A stretch of DNA of 13,257 bases, taken from NCBI GenBank assembly GCA_048939765.1, contig JBHLPF010000060.1, positions 1 to 13,257 of the forward strand, in the 5' to 3' direction. Origin of the DNA: Promethearchaeota archaeon. Lineage in GTDB: Archaea > Asgardarchaeota > Thorarchaeia > Thorarchaeales > Thorarchaeaceae. Shown here piece by piece: positions 1-8,457 of this stretch; position 1 is the first letter of the stretch, and every line of letters starts with the position of its first letter. The notes beneath the pieces were generated by a model. The model made no database searches. It was not told the origin of the DNA and worked only from the letters and a program-made list of their open reading frames with translations. The translations under genes were made by a program, and so were the position numbers.

Positions 1-1
1 G

Positions 2-301
2 TCTCCAGAGGACCTCTTTGTTGGAGCTGCCACATCCTGTCTTATGACAACCTTTGTTACATTCACTGGGAAGATGAGATTCGACTTCAAGTCTTTCACT
101 TGCGAAGGCAAGGGAACGCTTGAAAGGGTCGAGAAAGGCTTCCAGTTCACCAAGATAGAGCTGAAGGCACATGTGGTTGTGTCGTCGCAAGACCTTGTGC
201 CAAAGGCAGAGAGGGCTCTGGAATTGGCAGGGAAGTATTGTCTGGTATCTAACAGCATGAAGTGCCCCACGGAACACCAGAACAGTGTATCAGTCGGATG
301 A
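2..301 (+). CDS. OsmC/Ohr-family peroxiredoxin-like protein (5' truncated by window edge)
   Basis: The frame is open from base 2 and reads SPEDLFVGAATSCLMTTF...AGKYCLVSNSM. This has the PE-L..A..(S)C motif and the second conserved Cys of the OsmC family. Stop TGA at 299-301. Confidence 0.88.
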   Translation, partial: SPEDLFVGAATSCLMTTFVTFTGKMRFDFKSFTCEGKGTLERVEKGFQFTKIELKAHVVVSSQDLVPKAERALELAGKYCLVSNSMKCPTEHQNSVSVG

Positions 302-304
302 TTA

Positions 305-2767
305 TCATTCATCTGGGAGAGGAGTGACATAGATTACTTCCTCAGAATCAGGAAGTGCGACCTCAGTGCCTTGGCCTTCTGAATCAGTGAAATTCAGCTT
401 CTCAATCCCATGCATTGCCTGAAGGTCTTTTGCCCATGGTTCTAGTTTGGGAGAGATCCATGCTTCAGCCAGTCCTTTACGCAGGGAGAGACCGTTCTCT
501 CGCTTGAACTTCCAAAAGCCGCCGTTGGTCTTGATAAGGAGGTCTGTATACTCGGTCAGTTTCGACTTCCAATCATCGTGTGTGGATGGATAAGCCTCCC
601 CATGAATCCCTTTGCTGGAGTATAGCTCGCGATAGATTTTGTCTGTGATGTAGGGGGTAATTGGTGCCAACGCTTTTAGTATCAACTTCAGGATTGTGTG
701 TAGAGCATGCCACCCTGACTCCTGTTCATCTTTTGAGAACCTTCCGTCTGAGTTGAAACACCGTCCTTTCAGCATCTCAATGACATGGTCTGCAAAGAGG
801 CTCCAAGTGAAACCACGGATTTCAATGGCGGGTCTGTGGAAGTCCAATACGCCGCAATCTGGCAGAATCTTCTCAATGACCGCATTTGCTTCTGCTAGTA
901 TCCATTGGTCTACAGGTGTGAGTTTCTTGAAGTCAATCTCCTCGGGCACAGGAAACATCGAGATGAATCGAGCGATGTTCCAGAGCTTTGTGATGAACTT
1001 GGACACTCCAGCCAGACGGTCTTCTGCAAACCGGATATCACTTCCAAGTCCTGCTTCCATCACGCCAAATAGCCGCATCGAGTCCGCACCATATTTCTCA
1101 ACGAATGGCATGGGAGGAGGGGAGTTGCCCTTTGACTTGCTCATCGTTTCGCCTTTCTCATCGACCACATGGCCTGATATCCACATCTCGCTGAATGCGG
1201 GTTTTTCCGTGAGCTGGTATGTTCTTAACAAAGAGTAGTAGAGCCAAGTCCTCACAATGTCTTTGCCCTGGGGTCGCATGACATTTCCAAAAGCTTTCCT
1301 GAAAAGCTTCATGTCACGCGGGTATCCTGTAACGTACATCCCACTGATTGATGAGTCCATCCATGTGTCAAATGTACGATCCTCTCCAGTGAATCCTTCC
1401 TCAGCATCACACTTTGGACACTTTGAGAATGGCGGGTCGTCTTTCCAGGGCTGATAGTACTTGAGTTCATCTGCATCTGGCACCACAGGCTCCTTGCAGG
1501 AGTTGCAGTACCAGATTGGAATCTCTGTTCCGTAGTATCTTCTCCTAGACACCGGCCAATCCACCGTCACACGATTCAACCAGTCAATGAGGATTTGTCG
1601 GTGATGTGACGGAAAGAAAGTACCTTCCCTAGCTATCTTCATCAATTGGTCAACGAAGTCCACTTGTTTTACGTAGTATTCCTCCATAGCGATGAACTCG
1701 ATGGGAGTTTTGCTTCGCCAGCACAGTGGAACTCTTTGCATGGACTGTTCCTGTTCATAGAGCAGGCCTTGTTTTTTGAGTTCAGCAATGATTGCATCTC
1801 TGGCCTCAGAAATCCTCATTCCGGAGTAATCACCAGCGGCGTCAGTCATTCGGCCATCAGGGGATATTGCAGCTATCGGCCTGAGCGCATAGTCACGAAA
1901 CGCCATTACATCAGCCTGATCACCGTAGCTGCATACCATTAGCGCCCCAGTCCCAAATTCCATCTGCGCTGTTGGACTCTCAATTATCGGAACTTCTTGG
2001 CCGAAAAGTGGGACCTTTGCTTTCATTCCCGCATAGCCGTCATAGCGAGAATCATCTGGATGAATGAACACCGCTCCGCATGCACAAAGAAGTTCAGGTC
2101 GTGTCGTAGCAATCTTGATTGGATCCTTCCCTTCTACTTGGAAATACAGATAGTGCAATGTGGTTGGCCGTTCAGAGTATTCAACCTCTGCATCTGCAAT
2201 AGTAGTCCCACAGTCAAAGCACCAGTTGTTAGGCCGGTAATCCCTGTAGACAAGCCCCTTATTCCAGATATCAATGAAAGTAGCCTGAGTCACAGCTCGA
2301 TATTTGGGATCATCAGTCCTATAGCTGCCTTCGTCTTCATAAGTGTTGAAGCCAATTCCAAGCCGCTTGAACCCATCAACAGTGATCCTCTCATCTGCGT
2401 CAAGACGCTCCTTGCACTTCTGCAGGAATAGACCACGAGGGGTTTCATGCATACTAAGACCGAGTTCTTTCTCTACTCTCACTTCTACAGGGAGACCGTT
2501 ACGGTCAATCCCAAGAGGAAAGTTCACTTCAAAACCTTGCATTCTTCGGAATCTTGCATTGATATCAATCTGAGTGTAGTGAATTACCTGACCGACATGC
2601 ATAGGACCTGATAGGTAGGGGGGTGGTGTGTCCACGCTGTAGATTGTCTTCCCTGAGTCAGAATTGAATGCATAGGTATCTTCTTTGGACCAAAGCGCGA
2701 GAATCTCCTCCTCGGAGTCTGGCTTCCATCTCTTCGATTTTATTGCGGGTTCCAACTTGTCTGGCAA
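305..2767 (-). CDS. valS: Valine--tRNA ligase (archaeal type)
   Basis: DTPPPYLSGPMHVGQ (HIGH-like), IATTRPELL, GTG..M.CSYGD, WPVSRRRYYG, DTWMDSS, RPQGKDIVRTW and TMSKSKGN (KMSKS-like). The ORF is open to 2794. The TTG at 2767 is preceded by AGGAG and is the likelier start. Confidence 0.96.
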   Translation of the reverse strand: MPDKLEPAIKSKRWKPDSEEEILALWSKEDTYAFNSDSGKTIYSVDTPPPYLSGPMHVGQVIHYTQIDINARFRRMQGFEVNFPLGIDRNGLPVEVRVEKELGLSMHETPRGLFLQKCKERLDADERITVDGFKRLGIGFNTYEDEGSYRTDDPKYRAVTQATFIDIWNKGLVYRDYRPNNWCFDCGTTIADAEVEYSERPTTLHYLYFQVEGKDPIKIATTRPELLCACGAVFIHPDDSRYDGYAGMKAKVPLFGQEVPIIESPTAQMEFGTGALMVCSYGDQADVMAFRDYALRPIAAISPDGRMTDAAGDYSGMRISEARDAIIAELKKQGLLYEQEQSMQRVPLCWRSKTPIEFIAMEEYYVKQVDFVDQLMKIAREGTFFPSHHRQILIDWLNRVTVDWPVSRRRYYGTEIPIWYCNSCKEPVVPDADELKYYQPWKDDPPFSKCPKCDAEEGFTGEDRTFDTWMDSSISGMYVTGYPRDMKLFRKAFGNVMRPQGKDIVRTWLYYSLLRTYQLTEKPAFSEMWISGHVVDEKGETMSKSKGNSPPPMPFVEKYGADSMRLFGVMEAGLGSDIRFAEDRLAGVSKFITKLWNIARFISMFPVPEEIDFKKLTPVDQWILAEANAVIEKILPDCGVLDFHRPAIEIRGFTWSLFADHVIEMLKGRCFNSDGRFSKDEQESGWHALHTILKLILKALAPITPYITDKIYRELYSSKGIHGEAYPSTHDDWKSKLTEYTDLLIKTNGGFWKFKRENGLSLRKGLAEAWISPKLEPWAKDLQAMHGIEKLNFTDSEGQGTEVALPDSEEVIYVTPLPDE

Positions 2768-2937
2768 AACATCAATTCTCCTTGATGTCAACAAGGCTCA
2801 GCTGGTGCTGATTCAATCCGCTGGATGGAGTGTGGATTAAAAGGCTTATGGGCAAGTCCGTTTGACCAACGAATCCTAGTCGAAAAAGAAGGTAGAGGGA
2901 CAATGAACCTACTGATTCATCGCCCCACAGGGTATTC

Positions 2938-3780
2938 TTAGGCCCAAAGTCTCCGGCCTATCAGCAGACCCACAATGAGAGTGACAACGCCAATTCCAGC
3001 TGTTACAACCAAAGGGACATCCATGCTTAGATTAAGTCCTCCACCAGGAGGGCCGGCTGTTCGCAACAAATCGTATTTTTCGGTCATGTCGATGGTTGTA
3101 TTCTCATTCTCCCACCTTGTGAATTCAGTATAACTCAGATCGAGCAGGACACCATCTTCATCAAAGCTTGATGAATAGGTATAGGTTCTTGTGCCATTGA
3201 GATTCTCAGCGAGGTTTTCCATTAGTACCTCAATTTGGAAGGAGAATCTTCCGTCACCAATTGACTGACTAATTAGTGTGGATGAGTTATCAGATTCTGT
3301 GTCCTCGATTGCATCGTTCCAGTCCGATTCATGAGTGCTCCAGATCGGATTCACAAACAAATCTTCTCCCCAGTCCATCCAACTGTCTTGAGGATATGTA
3401 TCAACATTTGAACTCTCTGATCGATTATTTGAGTTAGAGTCGCTGGTGGAGAGATCCCAGTACACCTTTTGATCCTGAAAGGCAACTGAATCGTTATGGT
3501 CGACGTAGAATAATCCACCCCACGAGACATATCCCTGATAGTTGTAGTTGATGACATCCTCGCCTCCAACTTCACTTATATTATAGACATAGACCCTGAA
3601 ATCGCCCTTGATTGAATAACCATACGAAGGGTCATTATCCACCTGAGTGGATTCCTGATAGTAGGTCGCACTGTAGTAGTAGATCTCCCCTTCAACATCA
3701 GCTCTGACAGGCACTGTGGTCAGTGACATCATCAATAATCCAATCGCTACTGAAACGAGAATCATCTTCCTAGAGATCAT
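2938..3780 (-). CDS. Hypothetical secreted protein with C-terminal membrane anchor (probable surface glycoprotein)
   Basis: N-terminal signal peptide (RK + hydrophobic + VRA). Acidic, S/T/N/Y-rich ectodomain, GPPGGG linker, C-terminal TM helix followed by RR. GGTGA SD upstream of the ATG. Confidence 0.8.
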   Translation of the reverse strand: MISRKMILVSVAIGLLMMSLTTVPVRADVEGEIYYYSATYYQESTQVDNDPSYGYSIKGDFRVYVYNISEVGGEDVINYNYQGYVSWGGLFYVDHNDSVAFQDQKVYWDLSTSDSNSNNRSESSNVDTYPQDSWMDWGEDLFVNPIWSTHESDWNDAIEDTESDNSSTLISQSIGDGRFSFQIEVLMENLAENLNGTRTYTYSSSFDEDGVLLDLSYTEFTRWENENTTIDMTEKYDLLRTAGPPGGGLNLSMDVPLVVTAGIGVVTLIVGLLIGRRLWA

Positions 3781-3909
3781 CTTTCGTCACCATGCGAGAC
3801 TAGTTCTTAGATTCGTCTATGTTCTTATAAACTGGAGTCAGATGTCTTACTCTTACGATACCGAAACAGTTAACTCTCAATGCCTTAACTATCGTTATTG
3901 GTGACGCGG

Positions 3910-4890
3910 ATGGAATTTGTGAGGCTTGGCCGCACGGGATTGAAGGTATCACGTTTTATTCTGGGATCGATGCAGATGGGATGGATAGTGAGTGAGGAGG
4001 ACAGCTTCAAACTCCTTGATGCGGCGATAGAGGCAGGGATTACGACTCTAGATACCGCAGACATCTATTCAAAATGGGGCGATGGGTCGTATGCTGGAAG
4101 GTCCGAGGAAATCATAGGCAAGTGGATTAAAGACCATGGGAATCGGGACGACCTCATCCTTGCAACAAAGGTTCGTGGAGAGATGAGTGAGAAGCCGAAT
4201 GATGCTGGTCTCTCGCGGATACACATCCTCAAGTCAGCAGATAGGAGCCTAGATAGGTTACAGACAGAATGGATAGACCTGTACCAGAGTCATTCGTTTG
4301 ACCCGGAGGCACTGCAGGAAGAAACCCTGAGAGCCTATACTAAACTCATCGACGATGGCGTGGTGAACTATATCGGTGCGTCGAACTTCACTGCTGCTGA
4401 GCTCATAGAGTCATTCTGGGTCAGTGATAAAAACGGGCTTGCGAGGTATGAATCACTTCAGCCACCTTATAGCCTAGCAAGAAGAAGAGATTATGAGAAG
4501 TATCTCGAACCAGTGATTGTCAAATACAATCTAGGCGTAATCAATTACAGTCCGCTAGGGGGTGGATTCCTAACGGGAAGATACACCGAGGAGTCTACTC
4601 CAGACTCTAAGAGAGCAGGGACAATATCCTCTAGATATGGAAAGGAACGAAACTACAGAATTGTTGAAGATCTAAATGAGATAGCTGCCACTCATGATGC
4701 ATCAACAGCCCAGATTGCACTGGCATGGGTCTTGACCAGAAAGACTGTAACGGCACCCATTATTGGTGTCAACACCTTGGAGCAGCTGGAGGAGAACCTT
4801 GGCGCCTTTGAGATAAAGCTCTCTGATGATGACCTTGAGAGGCTGAATACTGTGTCAGACTGGGAAGAGATGGACTATTTGGCACGATGA
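3910..4890 (+). CDS. Aldo/keto reductase (Tas/YajO-like)
   Basis: LGRTGLKVS, DTADIY, ATKV, SLDRLQTEWIDLYQSH, YIGASN, Q.PYSL, YSPLGGGFLTGRY, AQIALAW. The D-Y-K-H tetrad is intact. ATG at 3910 has GGTGA at 3900-3904. Confidence 0.95.
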   Translation: MEFVRLGRTGLKVSRFILGSMQMGWIVSEEDSFKLLDAAIEAGITTLDTADIYSKWGDGSYAGRSEEIIGKWIKDHGNRDDLILATKVRGEMSEKPNDAGLSRIHILKSADRSLDRLQTEWIDLYQSHSFDPEALQEETLRAYTKLIDDGVVNYIGASNFTAAELIESFWVSDKNGLARYESLQPPYSLARRRDYEKYLEPVIVKYNLGVINYSPLGGGFLTGRYTEESTPDSKRAGTISSRYGKERNYRIVEDLNEIAATHDASTAQIALAWVLTRKTVTAPIIGVNTLEQLEENLGAFEIKLSDDDLERLNTVSDWEEMDYLAR

Positions 4891-5008
4891 TGATTTCTAG
4901 TAAGCTCAATCGCTTTTCGAAATATCGTCAATCCTGTCCATTCAAGAAAGCTTCTTTAATGCCTCTAAGAAAATGTAGTTGTTCGGAGATTGTACCAGGG
5001 GACTCGAA

Positions 5009-5692
5009 ATGCGAGCTGTTCTGAAACTAGGAGGCTCACTCCTCTATGATGACACGGGCCGGATTCTCATCGACATGGTGAGAGACTACGCAAAAGGAGT
5101 GGACTTCATCGTTGAAGACGGGCACAGCATGGTCATCGTAGTTGGAGGTGGAAGGCCAGCACGAGTCTTCATATCTGCCGCCAGAGCGCTAGGAGCAAGC
5201 GAAACTCAGTGTGACTGGTTGGGAATCAAGGTCGCACGTAACAATGCCGAGCTGTTCTGTGCAGCCCTTGGTGATCTTGCATATCCAAAGGTTGTGGAAA
5301 CACTAGATGAGCTTGAAACTGCCATCCAATGCGGAAAGGTGGTTCTCATGGGCGGTCTAAACCCAGGTCAATCCACTAATGCTGTTGCAGCTCTTGCCGC
5401 TGAAACTGTAAAGGCGGATTTGCTGATGAACGCAACAAACGTTGATGGAGTCTATGACAAGAACCCCAAGATATCAGGCGCAAAGAAGCTTGGTACTGTG
5501 ACTGTCGAAGAGCTGAGTTTGATATTGGCGGGGTCTGGCACACACGCTGGAGAATACAAGCTGTTCGATCCTGTTGCGATCCGGGTGGTGGGAAGGTCGA
5601 AGATTCCAACTGTCATCTTCAATGGAAAGGACCCTCTGAACTTTCGTCAAGTGATGAAGGGTGCAAGGATTGGTACTAGGATAGTACATTAG
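5009..5692 (+). CDS. pyrH: UMP kinase (archaeal type)
   Basis: VLKLGGS, VVGGGRPAR, DWLGIKVARNNA, MGGLNPGQSTNAVAA, ATNVDGVYDKNP, AGEYKLFDPVA and C-terminal IGT. Start taken as ATG 5009. Confidence 0.95.
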   Translation: MRAVLKLGGSLLYDDTGRILIDMVRDYAKGVDFIVEDGHSMVIVVGGGRPARVFISAARALGASETQCDWLGIKVARNNAELFCAALGDLAYPKVVETLDELETAIQCGKVVLMGGLNPGQSTNAVAALAAETVKADLLMNATNVDGVYDKNPKISGAKKLGTVTVEELSLILAGSGTHAGEYKLFDPVAIRVVGRSKIPTVIFNGKDPLNFRQVMKGARIGTRIVH

Positions 5693-5726
5693 CCGAACAC
5701 ACCATGTCTGAAAGGGGAACCAAGAG

Positions 5727-6032
5727 TTGAGAAAATTGCTCGAGAAAGTATTCGCATCACGGGCTCAGACACGAGTAGTTCAACACTTTCTGGAACGTCC
5801 CAAGGAGTTCTTCAATCTTAGCAGAATCGCCAAGGAAACTGGCTTGGCACACTCGACTATTCATCGCGTGATGCAGCCTCTTGTGGACATGGGTCTCGTG
5901 AAGGAGATCAAGGTCGGACAACAGATTCGGCTCTTTATCCTTGAAACAGAAGAAACAAAGAGCAAGATTCTTGCAGATTTCTACGAACAAATCAAGCCGC
6001 TTTTGGAAGAGATGCCGCCTGAGCGGGCTTGA
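5727..6032 (+). CDS. Winged helix-turn-helix protein (ArsR/MarR-like)
   Basis: FNLSRIAKETGLAHSTIHRVMQPLVDMGLVKEIKVG forms an HTH plus wing. TTG start, 34 nt downstream of pyrH and probably co-transcribed. Confidence 0.85.
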   Translation: MRKLLEKVFASRAQTRVVQHFLERPKEFFNLSRIAKETGLAHSTIHRVMQPLVDMGLVKEIKVGQQIRLFILETEETKSKILADFYEQIKPLLEEMPPERA

Positions 6033-6044
6033 GTGATTCTGTTT

Positions 6045-6836
6045 TTATTTCTCACCAAGAAACTCAATCAAGGTCCTGTTGAGCTCATCAGTCATCTGAA
6101 CATTTGGCGAATGGCCACACCCCTCTAGGATCTTGAGTCTTGATCCCTTTATCCCTTCATGAAGCATTTTTCCTAGTTCAAGATTTATGATCCGATCTTC
6201 CTCGCCATGGATAACCAGAGTCTTAGATTTGATATTCGACAGTTGCTCTGTGAAATCAATCGTGGAGAATCCGAGCCCCGCTGCCAAGACTCCATCAGGA
6301 TTTGTGTCAGCTGACTTCTCCTTCAGATACTGGACCATCTCGGAGTTATTCTCAATCCACTCATCACTGTAGCCACTTCGGAGAGACGTCCAGAAGTAAG
6401 CCTCGTCACCACCATCAACCTGCGCTTCTCTCCAGCTATAGACCACATCAATCAAATCCTCAGTGATCTTGGGAGTTGTATCAATCAGGACCAACTTATC
6501 GACTCGTTCTGGGTACCTGATGACAAAGTTCTGAGCGACCATACCGCCCAATGAGATGCCAACGACATGCGCCTTTTCATGACCAAGATGCTCTAGCAGA
6601 GCGTTCAGGTCATCTGCAATCAGATCTGGCGGAATCATCATTCCTAGTTCCTTTACTGTCGTCTGCCCATGCCCTCTTAGGTCAGGCATGATGAGGTGGA
6701 AACGTGCTGCGAGGGCCTCCTCTTGAAATTCCCATCCACGATGGTCTCCACCAAGACCATGAATCAATAGAACCGGATTGCCCTCACCTACGGTTTCATA
6801 GAACATCGATATATCATCGTAGTCGAAACGAGGCAT
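6045..6836 (-). CDS. Alpha/beta fold hydrolase (3-oxoadipate enol-lactonase-like)
   Basis: LLIHGLGG, PDLRGHGQT, nucleophile elbow GISLG, acid in GEEDRII and His in GCGHS. ATG 6836 is preceded by AGGAG. The longer ORF start (7004) overlaps the upstream gene. Confidence 0.93.
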   Translation of the reverse strand: MPRFDYDDISMFYETVGEGNPVLLIHGLGGDHRGWEFQEEALAARFHLIMPDLRGHGQTTVKELGMMIPPDLIADDLNALLEHLGHEKAHVVGISLGGMVAQNFVIRYPERVDKLVLIDTTPKITEDLIDVVYSWREAQVDGGDEAYFWTSLRSGYSDEWIENNSEMVQYLKEKSADTNPDGVLAAGLGFSTIDFTEQLSNIKSKTLVIHGEEDRIINLELGKMLHEGIKGSRLKILEGCGHSPNVQMTDELNRTLIEFLGEK

Positions 6837-6928
6837 GATATTCTCTCCTGAAGTATTCAGGCGGCAAATCCTACGGATAAGCTTGTCGAAGTGGTGAATG
6901 CTAAAACTGCAAAATACACACTCGATCT

Positions 6929-7261
6929 CTACCTCTTGGTTGATAGCAAAGATAGAATTCCAATCAGTATCGATAGAATGATCATTACTATGAAGAATGG
7001 CCATGCTGACCTATCAAAGGATCTGAAGACCCCTATGATAAAGAGGACAGCTGAGATAACAAGTAAGGAAACCATGATGTATAGAAGAGGTGGCTGCAAG
7101 TGTAGGGGTATAATCCCTGTATATCCCACAACAAAGAGAAAGATGAGAATCATCAGAAACAACAAGGCCGACTGTTTGACGATTGGATGGTATCTTTCTC
7201 CCCACCTCAAATGCCGTACATAGTACACAGAGGAGTTTGCATCAGCTAATCCTTGTTGCAT
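6929..7261 (-). CDS. Small hypothetical membrane protein (3 TM)
   Basis: Three long hydrophobic segments. ATG 7261 has GAGGA upstream. Alternative GTG start at 7282. Confidence 0.7.
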   Translation of the reverse strand: MQQGLADANSSVYYVRHLRWGERYHPIVKQSALLFLMILIFLFVVGYTGIIPLHLQPPLLYIMVSLLVISAVLFIIGVFRSFDRSAWPFFIVMIILSILIGILSLLSTKR

Positions 7262-7395
7262 CTTGAGTTCCTCAATACTCACTACTTCTATAGGAAAAAG
7301 CGCTTTTCTGTTCTTGCGTAGATATTCGCAGTGTATATCCTCTAAGGGCGGAACACAAAGTCACCTTTGGAACTACTTCCAAACTCCAAAATGAC

Positions 7396-7401
7396 TATAT
7401 A
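7396..7401 (+). promoter_or_regulatory. TATA box of tRNA gene
   Basis: TATATA about 25 nt upstream of tRNA position 1, with an A-rich BRE-like stretch just upstream. Confidence 0.65.
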
Positions 7402-7463
7402 CTGATGCGAATTCTGTGAGTATTAGCCGAGGTAGTCAAGAGGCCAAAGACGGTGGACTCAAG

Positions 7464-7489
7464 ATCTAAGGCTTTGACGCCCATGGGAT
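7464..7489 (+). other. tRNA intron 1 (canonical 37/38, 26 nt)
   Basis: BHB central helix CTCA (7458-61) pairs with TGGG (7484-87). Bulges AGA (7462-64) and ATA (7488-90). Removal restores the 7-nt loop CTCAAGA. Confidence 0.9.
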
Positions 7490-7507
7490 ATCCACTCCCG
7501 TAGGGGT

Positions 7508-7537
7508 TCGTTGATTGCTTGCCAATCAGCGCCCGAA
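7508..7537 (+). other. tRNA intron 2 (non-canonical, 3' side of variable arm, approx. 46/47, 30 nt)
   Basis: 9-bp hairpin CGTTGATTG/CAATCAGCG (7509-17/7523-31), bulge GTT (7506-08), central helix AGGG/CCCG (3 G-C plus 1 A.G), bulge AAT (7536-38). Removing 30 nt restores GGGGTTC-GCGAG. The boundary can slide up to 3 nt because TCG is repeated at both junctions. Confidence 0.82.
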
Positions 7538-7843
7538 TCGCGAGTTCGAATCTCGTCCTCGGCACCACTTTTCTGCATTCTGTCCTCAAGCAACAATCAG
7601 AATCATGACCCTCTGAGTGAGCCCAATCAATTGGGAATATGCTAAATCGATCAGAGGAGTCCAGATACTAAAACGCCACGTGGCCGATTGGCCGTCTGAG
7701 ATTTGGAATTGAAAAAAGCCAATGTGATAGTGCTCGATGGGTCATAGGAACCCAACTCTGCTGGCCTCTATTCGAAACCATTCATGTTCTCCCTGAATGA
7801 ATTCCGACAGATCTACTCCCTTGCCGAAGTGAACACCTTTCTT

Positions 7844-8098
7844 CTAGAACGGTTGTTCAATCGGTGCATACTCGCCTTCGAGTTTTTCCAAGAACTCGGT
7901 ATACATCCGTAAGAGTACATCCAGATAGGCTTGGAAATAGGGAGTTATTTCTGGCCTCCTCAGATTCTTACATATCTCTTCAATGCGACCATTCAGATAC
8001 GACCTCAGTTTGTCCAAATTATCACCTCCAAGCAGGTCAGCCCGAACCCTTTTTGATTGGGTTGTGAGCTCTTGCCCTGTCGTCGAGAGATCATCCAT
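7844..8098 (-). CDS. Hypothetical small helical protein (~84 aa)
   Basis: From MDDLSTTGQE onward the sequence looks like amphipathic helices with natural composition. The upstream extension to 8227 looks non-coding. No recognisable family. Confidence 0.55.
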   Translation of the reverse strand: MDDLSTTGQELTTQSKRVRADLLGGDNLDKLRSYLNGRIEEICKNLRRPEITPYFQAYLDVLLRMYTEFLEKLEGEYAPIEQPF

Positions 8099-8457
8099 GT
8101 AATTCACATCGTAGAACCTAAGATATGTACGATGTACATTCTCTCCAAGAAAGACAGCATACATGAGAATGCTCCAAGCTTGAATGTGGCGAGAATGGGC
8201 ATAGTTCGCTCTGGAAATAGGTATCATTGCTTGCTACTTTTTGGAGTTGTCCTATCATAGATTGAGCATCTGAACCATTGACTGTACACTACGTGTACGA
8301 TTTCCAGCTCCAGTATAGCAGAAATGTGACCTTCACATGTTGATGAAACCACCTTTGACCATCAATAATTGTGAGGTTGGCTCGATGACGAGAATGGTAT
8401 TTCATCCAGACTCTAAGCTTCAATTCTCCTGGAGTGAACAGTGATACCTTGTGATGT

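Larger units (their letters stand above)
7426..7567 (+). tRNA. tRNA-Leu(CAA) with two introns and encoded CCA; mature length 86 nt
   Basis: Acceptor stem GCCGAGG (7426-32)/CCTCGGC (7557-63) followed by A-CCA. D stem GTC/GAC. Anticodon stem GTGGA (7453-57)/TCCAC (7491-95) with CAA at 7460-62. Variable arm TCCC-GTAG-GGG-TTC typical of archaeal tRNA-Leu. T arm GCGAG-TTCGAAT-CTCGT. Confidence 0.95.

Noticed and set aside
696-2573. Plus-strand ORFs within valS, and similar shadow ORFs in pyrH, the hydrolase, the Lrp-like gene and polX
   Set aside because: They are antisense shadows of well-supported genes and have no protein-like motifs.
7458-7464. Reading the tRNA as tRNA-Sec (TCA at 7459-61)
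   Set aside because: Stem register places CAA at 34-36. The 7/5 acceptor/T stems, A73 and the variable arm are those of tRNA-Leu.
7395-7589. 63-64-aa minus ORF over the tRNA
   Set aside because: Antisense to the tRNA gene, so an artefact.
7605-7745. Possible MITE with ATGACCC/GGGTCAT terminal inverted repeats downstream of the tRNA
   Set aside because: Only 7 perfect bp, no clear target-site duplication, and no second copy in the window.
8289-8423. 44-codon minus ORF (TTG start, AGGAG upstream)
   Set aside because: Atypical composition (W/H-rich) and no other support.
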